Shown: in pieces, positions 47,401 through 58,900 of the stretch
Numbering within the stretch: position 1 is the stretch's first letter
How the letters are laid out: every line of letters begins with the position of its first letter
The notes under the pieces: model-generated
Told to the model about the DNA's origin: nothing
What the model saw: the letters and a program-made list of their open reading frames with translations, nothing else
Databases searched by the model: none
Assembly (NCBI RefSeq): GCF_001447785.1
Contig: NW_015167545.1
Span: forward strand, 631,555 to 695,554
DNA length: 64,000 bases
DNA from: Gekko japonicus
Lineage: Eukaryota
Direction: 5' to 3'
Made by a program: the position numbers and the translations under genes

Positions 47401-50400
47401 TACAGCAGCAGCGGCTGCCACCACTGTCTTGATTTTATTCTCTCTCAGTTCTCTTTCCCAGTGTATTTACCTCTCATTTCCCTGGCCCTTAGGTTTCTTC
47501 CATGTGTGTGGCTCTGTCTCCTGCGGCAGCCATGTCAGCTGGCTCCATCTCCTGTGTCAGCCATTTTGTGGTGTGCCCACCCCACTGCATCGGAATTCCA
47601 AAGGGGCCCATAGGCCCAAAAAAGGTTGGGGACCCTTGATCTAGTCGTTGTCTCCTCTGTCTGACTGCGGCTCTCTAAGGTCTTGGGCAGAAAAAGGTCT
47701 TTGCCATCTCCCGCTCCTTTGAGTGGAGACACCGGGGATTGAATCAGGAATGAAAAGCCGGTGCTCCACCACTGAGCCACAGCCCCTCCCACAAATTAAC
47801 TTTGCACTAGCTGGGATCTGAGTTCGGGTTTCCTGCATGGCAGATCCAAATTCCAGCACTAAACCTTCAGCGTAACCGTTTGTGAATCAAAGTCTTGGAC
47901 TATGAATCCCATATTCATTTAGAAGAAGAAGAGAAGAAGAGATGGGATTTATACCCCACCCTTCACTTGGAGTCTCAGAGCGGCTTACAAACTCCTTTCC
48001 CTTCCCCTCCCCACAACAGACACCCTGTGAGGTGGGTGGGGCTGAGAGAGCTCTGACACAAACTGCTCTTTTTCAGGAACAGCTGTGCCAGAGCGTGTGG
48101 CCGACCCAAGGTCACATCAGCAGGTGCAAGTGGAGGAGTGGGGAATCAAACCCGGTTCTCCCAGATTAGAGTCCGCACACTTAACCACTACACCAAACTG
48201 GCTCTCATTTAGTTTTACTGGACTCCCCTTACCCTTTGCTCTGGCTCACCTGCCTCCAAAATGCTTTCTCTATAGGAAGCCACCAAGGTGCAGACTGAAA
48301 GGAGAAAACACAAATGGGTTCAAGGTGAGTAAAACTGTCACTGGCATTAACACAACGCAGCCCCCCTTCCCATTAAAAAACAACAGCATTCTGTCTCCAT
48401 TTGTATTTTTAGAAACAGCACTGTTGAGAAACAGCCTGAAAGGGAGATTTAAGGGGGGGGGGGGAACCCAGGGGCTACATCTCTATACTGTGATTTGATG
48501 CCAGTGCACCACCACAGAAACCCAGTGTTCTGAGAATGGTTACTATCCCTCACAAAACCAAAACAAACCAGCACGTTTCCAGATCTTATGGTTGATTCAG
48601 AGGGTACAAGCAGCAGCTGGAGAGGACTCTGTAGCCAGGGGAGTTGCCAAATGTGCTTTCTTGTAGCCGGGGATCCTGAAAAGCCTCATCTTCATTAGAA
48701 CTGATTATGGAAATTAGAGTTACACTGGGGCAGAATTTAAACCTGGGGGGGGGGGTTGGAGTACACCCATCCTCTTTCCCAAGCAAACTTAGTCTTGCTG
48801 CATCTAAGTCTCCCCCCTCCCTCCCATTACCCAATGCTCACCTTCCCCGTCATATATTTTTAAAAGGAGCAGCAACAGGAATTTTTATGAAGATGCCATT
48901 TCTGTCCTATTGTCTCAGGAGGACGTTGAGCATTTGAAACAATTAAGCTTTTCTTTCAGGTAAGAGGCATTGCTCCCAACCCCTTCCCTCAGCATATATA
49001 TTTCTATTTTTTCCCCATCATCTATAGTAAATTTCAGTATTCAGTCACTGAGTTTGTGCCTTTCAAATTTAGAATGCTTCTGCGCCTTGTGTGACATCAC
49101 AGTAGTTCTGCCAACGGCTGGAAGGCAGGGGAGGAGTCACAGACAGAACACATCCAGCTATCAGTTTTTTTATTTGTATTAAGTAATAGAAACAGGCACA
49201 CAGATTAGCCTCAGTTTCGTGGACTATATCTTGAAGGATGTTGTTAATGTCCAGTGCCGTTTTTTTACCTGTAATTTTTGTGTCACTTTCTTCTTAAGAT
49301 TTTCAGGTACAAAATCCTCGAAAACAAAACTCCATCCAAACTCCTCTGCTTCCGTTTTGTACTTCCGATCTTGCACGAACTCCCTGTTGCCAAATACAAT
49401 CCCCCCCCCCATGTTAAGATCTGGTGGCACAACATTTAGAAGTGTTCCCACCCTTTTCCTTATACAGTAGAAATATCTGGCACCAACCACCAGACCAGAC
49501 TGACTTCTCAAAGGCTTGAGCCATGTTCTCTTTATTTCCCTAGTGGTTTCATCCCATTAACCTCTATAGATTCCATCTTCCACAAATTCTCGTTTTAATG
49601 CGTTGCACTCAAAGATATCTAAGTATCATATACTAATGAGTGGTAAACAGTGTCAAACTCACTTAGTTTGCCATAGTTACAGCGGGGAGGGAAATTCCTA
49701 CGGGGGGTGAATGGCTGAGTGTGTGAACTGCTCTATCCTAGGCGTCGTAACTCTTCCTTAAGATACCTTCCTCCTAAAGGAATGTCCCTAAGAACGAAAC
49801 TGTGCCAACTTGCTATTGTAAGTAACAAGATCGTATATTCCGGGGGGGGGGGGGGGGGGAAGGGAAAGGGTCTAGGCGGGCTGGCTGAGACATGTGAATG
49901 GTTAGGTTAGAGGGATCTTCGTTTGAACTGTCTATATCTTTGGCTTTTGCCGCCTGAACCTCAGTTCTGACATGGTACTGTACTAGCTTGGATCATGCTG
50001 ACATCTCAATTAACAAATCACTGCCAAAGAGAGTGTTGTTGGGAGTCTCTTGACTAAGAATTTGACAAACAGCTCAAGAGCTACAACAACCCAGTGGCCA
50101 AAAGGTTCAGCTGGGGTCCAGGATATTCCTGATTTAAATCTTGCTCCTGTATTGAGCTCTTGAGATAGCAAGGAGGGGAAAGAGAACTAGAGCTGAAGAT
50201 CACCAGCCATGCATGCAAAAGATGCCAGGTTCAGTCCTCGCCATCTCCTGTTAAAGGATTTCATGCAGGTGTCAGCAGTATCTTCTGCCTCAGACCACGA
50301 AGCATGGACAATACCATCTCAAACGGATCATTAGTCATCAGTTCCTGCCACCGGGGGCTAATGATACTTGCCTACCTTATAGGCCTGTTGTACGGAAGGG

Positions 50401-51932
50401 GTGAATTGGCCTATGCAAAGCACCTTGTCTCCTCTCAAGCGCTACATAAAATGGTACAATTATCATTACACAGGATTTGCAGCGTTTCAACTGTAAATAC
50501 AATCACAGCCCATTTCATCTGTGAAGCAAGCAAGTATGGAGTCTGGCCCTTACCGGAAATCTCTATTTCTGACAGGATATTTGTCCATCAGAAACGGCTT
50601 GACTGTCACCTCCCTGGGGGGCCCGTCTTCACTTTTGCTATCAAATAAGCTTGTTCCCATTTGGAACTTCCCACCGGAGAGTCGTACCGCGTTTTCATCT
50701 TGTCTGACCGCTGAGAGAAAGATGTAAATCAAAGGCAAAGGTGTAATTTCAGAGGCAGCACAGTGTAGCCGTAAGAGTGCTGGGACTAGGGCTGAGGAGA
50801 GCCCCAGGTTCAAATCCCTCCTCCAACACGAAACTTATTGGGTCATTACATGCCAGTCACTTTCAGCCTGACCTACCCCACTAGATGTTGTGAAGAGGAG
50901 GAAGAGAATCATGTACCTAAATCAGTAATAGCTCTGCTGACAGCAGGGGAAACTGGGAAGAATGCATGTGTTTTGTGAAAGTGTAAAGAGAACAACCCAA
51001 ACATCCAGCCCCAGAAATTGAGTCAGCAGAAGCTACCCCCCCCCCCCCACAAACTAATTGGGAGTGTAAATTCTCAGGCGCCAAAATATTTAACTGTAAA
51101 AAAATGTAACAGGAAGAAGAAATATAGATTATTTCTTTTGCAAGTCAAAGCCCCCATTTATTGGTTTCTCCCAAAAGGTGGCAAAAGGCTTCTAACAGAG
51201 GACAAATATTTTAAGGGGGGGGGGGAGAGGTGAGGTAAAACAAGACCAAATAGGGTTGCCAACTCTGGGTGCAGAAATTCCTGGGGATTTGGGGGGTGTA
51301 GCCAGGGTAGCTACACCAAGTCAGGCAATGGCAAACCACCTCTGAACATCTCTTCCCTTGAAAATCCTCTGGGGTCACCAGAACTTGGCTGTGACTTCAC
51401 AGCCCTTTTCACCAGCACCACCAGTAGGGTTGCCAAACTCCAGGTGGTGGCTGGAGAGCTCCTGCTATTACAACTGATATCCAGGAGACAGGAATCAGTT
51501 CACCTAGAGAAAATGACAGCTTTGGAAGGTGGACTCAACAGCACTATATCCCACTGAAGTCCCTCCCCTCCCTAAACCCGCCCTCCTCAGGCTCCACCCT
51601 GCAACTCTCCAGGAATTTCTGCACCTGGAGGTGGCAATCCTATCCCCCAGCCTGGGGAGGATGCAGTTTGAGGATGGGAGAGACCTCAGCCGGGTAAAAT
51701 CCTATAGAGTCTGCCCTTCAATGCGGCCGTTTCCTCCAGGGGAACTGATCTCTGTAGTCCGGATATGAGTTGTAATTCCGGGAGATCTCCAGGCCCTACC
51801 TGAAAGGTGGCCACCTTAGGGGAGGGTAAAGTAATGCGACTCACTCTTCTGCTTGGAGCTGGCGCCGGCCACGGCCCACGTAGGAAGTAGGAGGGCCAGC
51901 AGCGCCCCGGGCAGAGCTGCGCAGGATCGCAT
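38305..51932 (-). CDS. SUMF2: SUMF2, inactive paralogue of formylglycine-generating enzyme (pFGE), 319 aa, whole span
   Basis: complement(join(38305..38401,39638..39803,43825..43909,44907..44962,46208..46358,48250..48294,49269..49383,50554..50710,51845..51932)), 960 nt in frame. Signal peptide, [44 protein letters not shown]. Lacks the FGE catalytic Cys motif. Confidence 0.96.
38830..39362. mobile_element. PIF/Harbinger-like MITE
   Basis: GGCTGCGGTCACACG...CGTGTGACCGGGGCC, CpG-rich interior, related to 21247-21617. Confidence 0.6.
39638..39803 (-). CDS. SUMF2: SUMF2 exon 8
   Basis: [38 protein letters not shown]. Confidence 0.95.
40339..41202. mobile_element. Solo LTR (864 bp)
   Basis: TGTGG...CCACA termini with perfect 5-bp TSD ACCTA. 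Confidence 0.85.
41604..41752 (-). mobile_element. CR1 LINE 3' fragment
   Basis: [11 protein letters not shown] peptide and GATTCTGTG tail. Confidence 0.7.
42115..42601 (+). mobile_element. 5'-truncated L1-clade LINE with poly(A)
   Basis: 15-bp TSD AACAGTGCTGGAATG, AATAAA and A tail, encodes [22 protein letters not shown]. Confidence 0.85.
42790..42934 (-). mobile_element. Penelope-like element terminal repeat with minimal hammerhead motif
   Basis: Minus strand GTAT-CTGAAGA-A-GTGAG cagtga CTCAC-GAAA-GCTC. Related copies at 40207-40325 (+) and 62575-62755. Confidence 0.7.
43100..43753. mobile_element. Solo LTR (654 bp)
   Basis: TGT...ACA termini, perfect 5-bp TSD GGTAC, internal 28-bp tandem repeat in three copies (43262-43346). 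Confidence 0.85.
43825..43909 (-). CDS. SUMF2: SUMF2 exon 7
   Basis: [28 protein letters not shown]. Confidence 0.95.
44386..44590. mobile_element. hAT-type MITE
   Basis: Perfect TSD GCCAGGAT. Confidence 0.85.
44907..44962 (-). CDS. SUMF2: SUMF2 exon 6
   Basis: [18 protein letters not shown]. Confidence 0.94.
45498..45825 (+). mobile_element. CR1 LINE 3' end
   Basis: [30 protein letters not shown] and TCTTATGTTCTTATG tail. Confidence 0.85.
46208..46358 (-). CDS. SUMF2: SUMF2 exon 5
   Basis: [50 protein letters not shown]. Confidence 0.96.
47273..47638. mobile_element. hAT-type MITE
   Basis: CAGGGGTCCCCAAC...GTTGGGGACCCTTG, TSD ATCTAG(C/T)C. Confidence 0.8.
47921..48205 (-). mobile_element. 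tRNA-derived CORE-type SINE
   Basis: (AGA)n tail, family match to the 33877 copy. Confidence 0.8.
48250..48294 (-). CDS. SUMF2: SUMF2 exon 4
   Basis: [15 protein letters not shown], 45 nt. Confidence 0.93.
49269..49383 (-). CDS. SUMF2: SUMF2 exon 3
   Basis: [30 protein letters not shown]. Confidence 0.95.
50554..50710 (-). CDS. SUMF2: SUMF2 exon 2
   Basis: [36 protein letters not shown]. Confidence 0.95.
51845..51932 (-). CDS. SUMF2: SUMF2 exon 1 (signal peptide)
   Basis: [30 protein letters not shown]|GTGAGT, inside a CpG island. Confidence 0.85.
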
Positions 51933-51939
51933 GGGCAAA

Positions 51940-52330
51940 AGGGCAGCCGCTTACGGCTTCCCTGCTCTTTCCAACGCGCGCAAACGCCAGCCCAGCTGAG
52001 CGACACCAGCCAGGCAATCGCTTCCGGGGCCAACACAGCAGCCGCCGCCGCCGCCGCCGCCCGTGAGAAGGTTCCGCCCTCCTTATCTGGGCGCTGAGAA
52101 GGCAGCCCCCGCGCATGCTTACTCGACAGAAAGCCCCCTGGCGTTCAGTATTGCTTACTCCCTAGGCAGCATGCGCGGACTGGGTTGCGGTGTATCAAGG
52201 GCCGGAGCACGAAATCAAAATCCGAAACCCAGGCCGTTTCTGCGCGCTCTGATTCGGAAATAATAAACGCGTTACGCGTTCAGTTCTTATGAGATGCGTG
52301 TAGCTGAGGAACGGACACCGAGGTTTTCTT
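51940..52330 (-). promoter_or_regulatory. SUMF2 CpG-island promoter and 5'UTR
   Basis: CpG-rich, (GCC)n tract 52041-52060, NRF1-like GCGCATGC at 52111 and GCATGCGC at 52170. Confidence 0.65.
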
Positions 52331-54453
52331 TGTTGGATCTGGACTGTCTGCATTTCACGGCCCTTTAATCCCACCTTTGAAAAAAATATAGTGTGTGGTT
52401 TTTTTAAAAACCTGAATAGTGAGGATCCATTCATTGCATGGAAACAGTGGGCTCTAAATCCACAAGTTTATAGTGGTCTAAAATTTTAAGACTTTGGAGC
52501 GTCGCAGGAGGGTTGCTGCATCTGGAGATTTTGGGGTGGGGCCTGGGGAAGGTGGGGTTTGAGGAGGGGGTACCTCTGTATATAATGCTAGAGAGTCACC
52601 CTCCAAAGCAGCCATTTTCTACAAGGGAATAGCGTTGTATCGTCTGGACATCAGTCGTGACAATGGGAGATCTCCAGGCAGTACCCGAAGGCTGGCAACC
52701 CTAAAAGCAATAGCCCTGTTTATTTTCTGCCGCAACATACCAGTTTCAGTCAATGTGCTTAGAAGTGCAGGCCTGTGATCTTATATTTACAAGCTATCTC
52801 CTTGGACCTAATGAGGCTGGCTCAGTACTGTGCATGGGAGTCCCCTCCCCCAAATTCTTTCCTTTTTATGTCAAGGGGAGTTTCAGGGTAAGGTGGGGTG
52901 AGTTGCTTTTATAGCTCTGAAAGTTAAATGTGCACACAGAATACCCTATGGTTTGGATACTAATCTACTTTATACTTGGCCTTGGGTTTGACACAACTGG
53001 ATGGGAGGGGAAAAGATGCTGCACTCACTTTGGCCTGTGACCCATCAGGGATAGGGAACCTTCTTAATGTGATTGGCAGCAGCCTGCCAAACAGAAGCCC
53101 CACCCCAATCCTTTTGAGAGATGCAGGAATTAAATCTTGAGCCATAGCTTGGAGTGATGGTTACTTTTGCCTTGAAGAGGTTCTGATCCCACAGCCGGCC
53201 TGTTACTTAGAAATGCCCTAATAAACCTGGAGGGAGGACACCAGTGGTAAGAAGTAGCCTGCAGTCAAATGCACCAGTGTAGCACCTGACACATCACACC
53301 CGGGCCTGATTTGTAGAAACATCTGCCTTTCATAGGAAATTTAAGCTATTGGCCAGTTGCATGTGAATCCCAGTACTAGTGGAGATTTACCACTTTTTCC
53401 TGTGGAACCAAACTGGAGAGAAATCTGCACGTGGTCTAAGGATGCGTGGTTTGCACACTTGTTTTCAACTGTGTTACTGACCCTAAATGCAACCCTGTAC
53501 CTGCACCTCATCATATCCTGGATATGACTGATCTTCACCACTCCAAGTGGCATTTGAAAGGGAAGTGGGAAAGATTGTTGCTATCCTTGCTGGATGAAGA
53601 ATGACAAGAGAACTAAGTGACCTTTTCTCAGCAAATCCAAGTTACAGGCTATACTAACCTAGGCATTACAGGATGGCCGTGAGTGGCTGCACCCTGACCT
53701 GGATGGCCCAGATTGCTGTCATCAGATCTTGGAAGCTAAGCAGAGTTGGCCCTGGTGAGAACTTGGACGGGAGACCACCAAGGAAGTCCAGGGTTGCTAC
53801 ACAGAGACAGGCAATGGCAGACCACCTCTGTTCATCTCCTGCCTTGAAAATCCCATGAGGGGTCAACGTAAGTCGGCTGTGACTTGACAGCACTTTCCAC
53901 CACCAGAATGCATCTAGTCCAACACTGTCACACAGTGGCCAGAAACACCAGGCGCCATCAGGAGGTCCAGCAGTGGGGCCTGTCTTGGGCCTAAGTCCCT
54001 GCTGTTCACTGGGTGACCTCAGGCTCTCCTTCCCTCCCATCAGAGAGACTAGAGACCGGAATAACTGCATGTGCTGCCCTGAGCGCTGCAAACACACTGA
54101 ATACAAGGAGTGTTTTCTTTCCAGGGGGTGGGGGGTGGGGAAAAAGAACATGCTCAAATGGAGAATAATGGATAGCAGGAAAAACCTTTTAGTGCCCCCC
54201 TTCCAAACCACCATCCCCTAGGCCTAAGAGCTCACAAAACAAATCACTTCCTTTCTACAGAACATCAGCAGTGGCATGACCAGTACACAGAACAATTGTG
54301 GGTAACTGAGGCTTTACAAGCTCTTATTGAGCAAGCTGAACTGGCCCGATTGGCACTCCAGTTTCCCCTACTTTCTTCTACCAATAGACACCACTCTTAA
54401 AGTCAAAGCTCAGATATTAACGACCCTGCAGCCTATGCCGAGAGCAGAACTAT

Positions 54454-54459
54454 TTTATT
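54454..54459 (-). terminator. CCT6A polyadenylation signal
   Basis: AATAAA on the minus strand about 220 nt after the stop. Confidence 0.7.
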
Positions 54460-54678
54460 GGGTAGAAAGACAGTAACTTCAGATGTACTAGTTCAGTGCA
54501 TGTAAAAAATAAATAGTAACCAATTTCAGAACAGAAGCATGGGTGGCCAAGCTCCTGAAGAGGGAAAGTGACAATTCCTCCTGTTACTCTGAAGCTGGAT
54601 GCTGGGGGAAAAGGGAGGACATGTACTGGATTTAGAGACACAGGGCACAAGTGCTCGCTGGTCAGAGGGCTTTGAAGC

Positions 54679-54751
54679 TCAGCCTTTGAGAGACGACATT
54701 CCGGCTCGCATTATTTCATCAACCAGGAGAATGTTGCTAGCGATCACGGTG
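54679..54751 (-). CDS. CCT6A: CCT6A exon 14, coding part
   Basis: [23 protein letters not shown]. Confidence 0.96.
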
Positions 54752-55873
54752 CTAAGAAAAGAAAAACAGGGAAGTTTGTATTAGTTGTACTGTCTCCAAG
54801 ACCCAACCCAGCCTAAGCATTACACAGGATTCCTTCTTTAGAAGTGGTCCACAGATTTCTAAGATGGTCTGGGACTTTTTCTTTTTTTGCCGTTCAGAGA
54901 GAAACCCTTGCTACCCCATAGAAAAAAATACACGCAAGTCTACTAGCCTAATCGTTGGCTTGCAATACAGACCATACCTCCGGGAGTACCTTTTCCTAAG
55001 TTATTGCTATTTAAGACTCCCTTAGTGTTTCGCTTACCATGAATGAAGTAACTGCTTTTTAACATTGTAATTATCCCAGATTCCGGCAGCTCCTGCCATC
55101 ACCGGCTCACCTGCAAACACAAGAGATGCTGTTCTCAACAACTGTTCTGCTTGCTTCAGTTATCCAATAACGAGACTTTCTGCAGAATCTGTTCACACCC
55201 CCGAGCACTTCAGTGTGGCTCCACTGGTTTCCACGGAGACAAGCAGGCCAGCCAAACACTTGGGCCCAACCAAGGATACAGGCCCATTCTCCAGTACGTG
55301 TCCAAGCGGGCCGCTTGTTTTTAAAGTTGCATGAGGTGGGGGGGGGGGGGGTTTAAACCACACAAGGGTCCACAGTTACTCAGTGGCACAAATAATATTT
55401 GAATCACACAATTTAGCTTTGATCGCAGTCCACTGTAGAGTCTGTTCAGCCCAAAACCACACACACACTTTTCTGCACCCTTACCAGTGTTTAGATCGAC
55501 ACCGACAAGTTGTCCTGACTCAGCATATTCTGCCTGAACTTTCACAAGTGTCTCCTGAGAATCGAAGCCCGAGTTCTGAGCAAGAACCTGACAGAATCAA
55601 AAGTTAAAATACTTTAGTTTCGTTAGCACTATATCCACTGCTCAAGTAATCTGTCACCTTGAGTGCCCATTGTAAACAATTAAACCACAGGATACGATCC
55701 AGATGGTCCAGGCTAGCCTGATCTCAGAAGCTGAGCAGGGTCAGCATATGCATGGGAGAACACCAAAGAATCCTAGGGCTGCTGCACAGCAGAAGGCAAT
55801 GGCAAGTCACCTCCGAATGTCTCTTGCCTCGAAAATCCTATGGGGTCTCCATAAGTCAGCTGCAACTTGGTGG

Positions 55874-55918
<45 letters not shown>

Positions 55919-58900
55919 ACGTATCAGGCATTTCACTTTCCACTGCACCCTTGCAACATACTTCTCAGATTGAACCTCTCTGGGGTATTGTATCCCCCAA
56001 GCCCTTGCATTTCAAAGCAAGATAATCAGTATAATTTGCTAAAGTTTCATACCTTAGGAATGATAAGCAGCGCATCGGCAAAAGCCTGAACCCCAAGTTG
56101 GGCCCTTCCTTTGATAGATTTCTTGTGTTTCACAAGGGCATCGGCTATAGCTACCTCGACTGCTCCGGCACCTGGAACGACGCAGCCTGTGAAAGGACAC
56201 CACAATAATCAAACGGGCTACATGAACCACAGAAAACACACAAGGCGCCCGCTATGCTCAAATTCAGTCCTGAGCGTAGCAGCAGTCTTCAGTGGCTAGC
56301 AACAGAAAAACTTGCTGGGAGTTATCATTTTAAATGGAAAAACTTAAGACGGACATACATTTATTCAGAGGAACCACCCAAGTAGACAAGAGACCTCCTG
56401 GGATGATTCCTATAGTATACTGTCTTGAAGTTTCATGAACAGAAGGCAGGCCAGATTGAAACAAATAGGTAACGTCTTGTAACTGTGATGCTGCTCCGTT
56501 CCTGCTGGCAGTTGCCTCACAATCCTGGGCAGCAAGCAGTTCTGCAGTCAAATTCATTTCCCCTTTGAAGCAGCGGTGTCCCCAGCACTACTGACATTCC
56601 AGGAGGCACTTCTAACCATGACTCACCATCCTCAATAGCGTTTTTGACAGCACGGAGCCCGTCTCTGATCGCATCCTTTATTTGCATCAGAGTGTGCTTA
56701 TTGGGCCCCCGGATCAACAGAGTCACAGAGCGAGGGTTGTTGCATTTTTCAATGAAGGTGAACTTCTCTTCACCCTATGCAAAGATAAGAAGCAAGAGGG
56801 CACCTGAGTAACACAGACTGCCAATACAAAGGCAAACCGCTGATCACATGCTGCGACTGGCTGGGCTGCCTCCTCCAATTCACTGAGGAACACAGAAAAA
56901 AAATCCAAAAGGGTGGCTGAAACAACCTCTGACAATCTGCCATTCAGCTGCTATTTTAAAACCACTGCAACTCCTTTCCCAGAGTCTAGGCAGCTATTAG
57001 CCATTGCTGATCCCAAAAAGCACTGACAGGTAGGTTCACCCTTGCATATTCGTCGAGCAACAGTATAACCAAATTCACAGCGCTTCCACTGGAAGCCAGC
57101 CATAACAATAATAAAACAAAAAAGAGGAAAATGTTTACACATACCAGTGTGTATTCATAGACAAGGCCTGCATATCCCAGGCAGTCAATAGAGATGTCTT
57201 CTACTGAATTCATAGCATCACCTCCACAAGCAAGGGTCAACCTGGAAGGGGAAGAAGACAGCCTACATTTCTAGCATTGCTACAATCCCAGATGACAGAG
57301 GGGGCAGAGGAACCTCCCAGTTTCACAATGTCTTACAACATCATCCTCCTGTGAAAGGCCACCTTAACTTCAGTATCCAAAGAACACAAGGCAGGTGAAT
57401 GTGGTAGACAGGAGAAAAAACACACACCAAAAAAAGCTAAGCATCGGAGACAAACTGAAGACCAAACACATAATTGAGTGTGCTGTATACACAGTAGTCA
57501 CAGTAAAAAATATCCCAAGCAGGATGGATTCCCTCCAATGTTCTGTTCTGTGTCAGACGAGGAAATCCAGGCTGGGCAACTGAACACCGAGGCATACAAC
57601 CTTGGTGCTGCCAAATGTTTTATTGGGAGAGGACCTGGAAGCACTTTCTTTCAAAAAACTACATCAGCAGACATGCAAACTGTCTAGCTGATAGATCTTT
57701 ACAGAAGTGAAGCCCATGCGGCTACCCAGCACATTTTCCCCAAAGGTATCTGGGTGCAACTCTTTGGGAACAGGACTAAGCAGGATAATCAATTAGCTAA
57801 TGGAGGCCGTTCTGTAGTCACTCTATACAAGCTTTCATTCTAGATACTGACCTCTCCATGTTCCTGCGTTTTGCTCTGCGCAAAGCTATAATCCCTTCTT
57901 TTGCAAGGGCATCCAAGGAGAAAGGGTCAATCCCCTGGAAAAAAAATACTGAGGATCAGTCAAAGATAAGGTGATCTTCTCAAAGCATTTCACAACATTC
58001 ATCGACATCCGTGCATCGCTAACCCTGCCACCCTAGAAAAAGCTTCATTTGTGCCCACAGTTAGGTCACTAACACTAAGCCTCTAATCTCACCTTCTGGT
58101 TGATCACAACGAAGCCTTTATTAGTATCTTTGCAGACGCTTCTTTTTAATTCGATAATTTTGTTCACTCTCTCTTCAATGAACTTCCTTTCTGCTTTCAC
58201 TAGCTTCTCCCTTTCTTCCGCACTCTTATAGAAGAATCCAGAGTTTACTTCTCTGAAAACAAGCAACCAACCATGTTATTTGGATGCTGATATGTTAAAG
58301 CTACATAACCAGCGTGTCAACAGGCAAAAAATGGATCAGGGCTTAATGTAGCATGAGAGGAGGCTGGTAGAGTCGGAAGGCTGCAGAATTTCATGAGACA
58401 CAAGAAGCACTGTTAAAGAACCACTGCAGAAGAGACCCATTCCCCCCTCTTGGAGCCCATCCAAAACTCACGTTTTTTCATACTCCAATGAAACATTGCA
58501 AGTTAGAATGAAAGCATCTTCGACTCTCTTCTTCATGTCAGGATGACGTGCACCATGATCCAAGACGAGCCCTCTGATCAACCTGGTAAAAAGCCGTTTG
58601 CTTCAGTTAGGAATTAAAGTTCTCTTACACACAGCCACAGGCACCCCCCCACCATGCAGGCTCCTGCTGCCCAGCAAAGAATCCAGCTGTGTATCTGTTT
58701 CTGATGCAGGCATGCTGCCTGAGACACAGCATGCCATCACGAATGTTCGAGACAGAGACTTTGTTCTCGCATGGTGTCTGACTCCATTAGCTACTATAGA
58801 AGCCAATGCAGAATTCGTCCATGCCCTCAGACAAATATTTCTAGTTTGAGTTCCATTCTCTTTCCTGTTTTATACGCCTTGTAAAACTGCTTTGAGGGTG

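Noticed and set aside
49640-49972. LTR-like segment ending in TGACA in SUMF2 intron 2
   Set aside because: I could not find a matching 5' terminus and TSD, so it is left unannotated.
51841-52116. Longer upstream ORF as SUMF2 exon 1
   Set aside because: It is in the wrong frame for exon 2. The ATG at 51932 gives a signal peptide and the correct phase.
53690-53900. 5S rRNA-like sequence (also at about 4300, 33380, 46665 and 55700)
   Set aside because: Diverged 5S heads fused to RTE-like tails, so these are SINEs rather than 5S rRNA genes.
57525-57612. Two adjacent hairpins in CCT6A intron 8 as a third H/ACA snoRNA
   Set aside because: No ANANNA hinge between the hairpins and no ACA box directly after the second.
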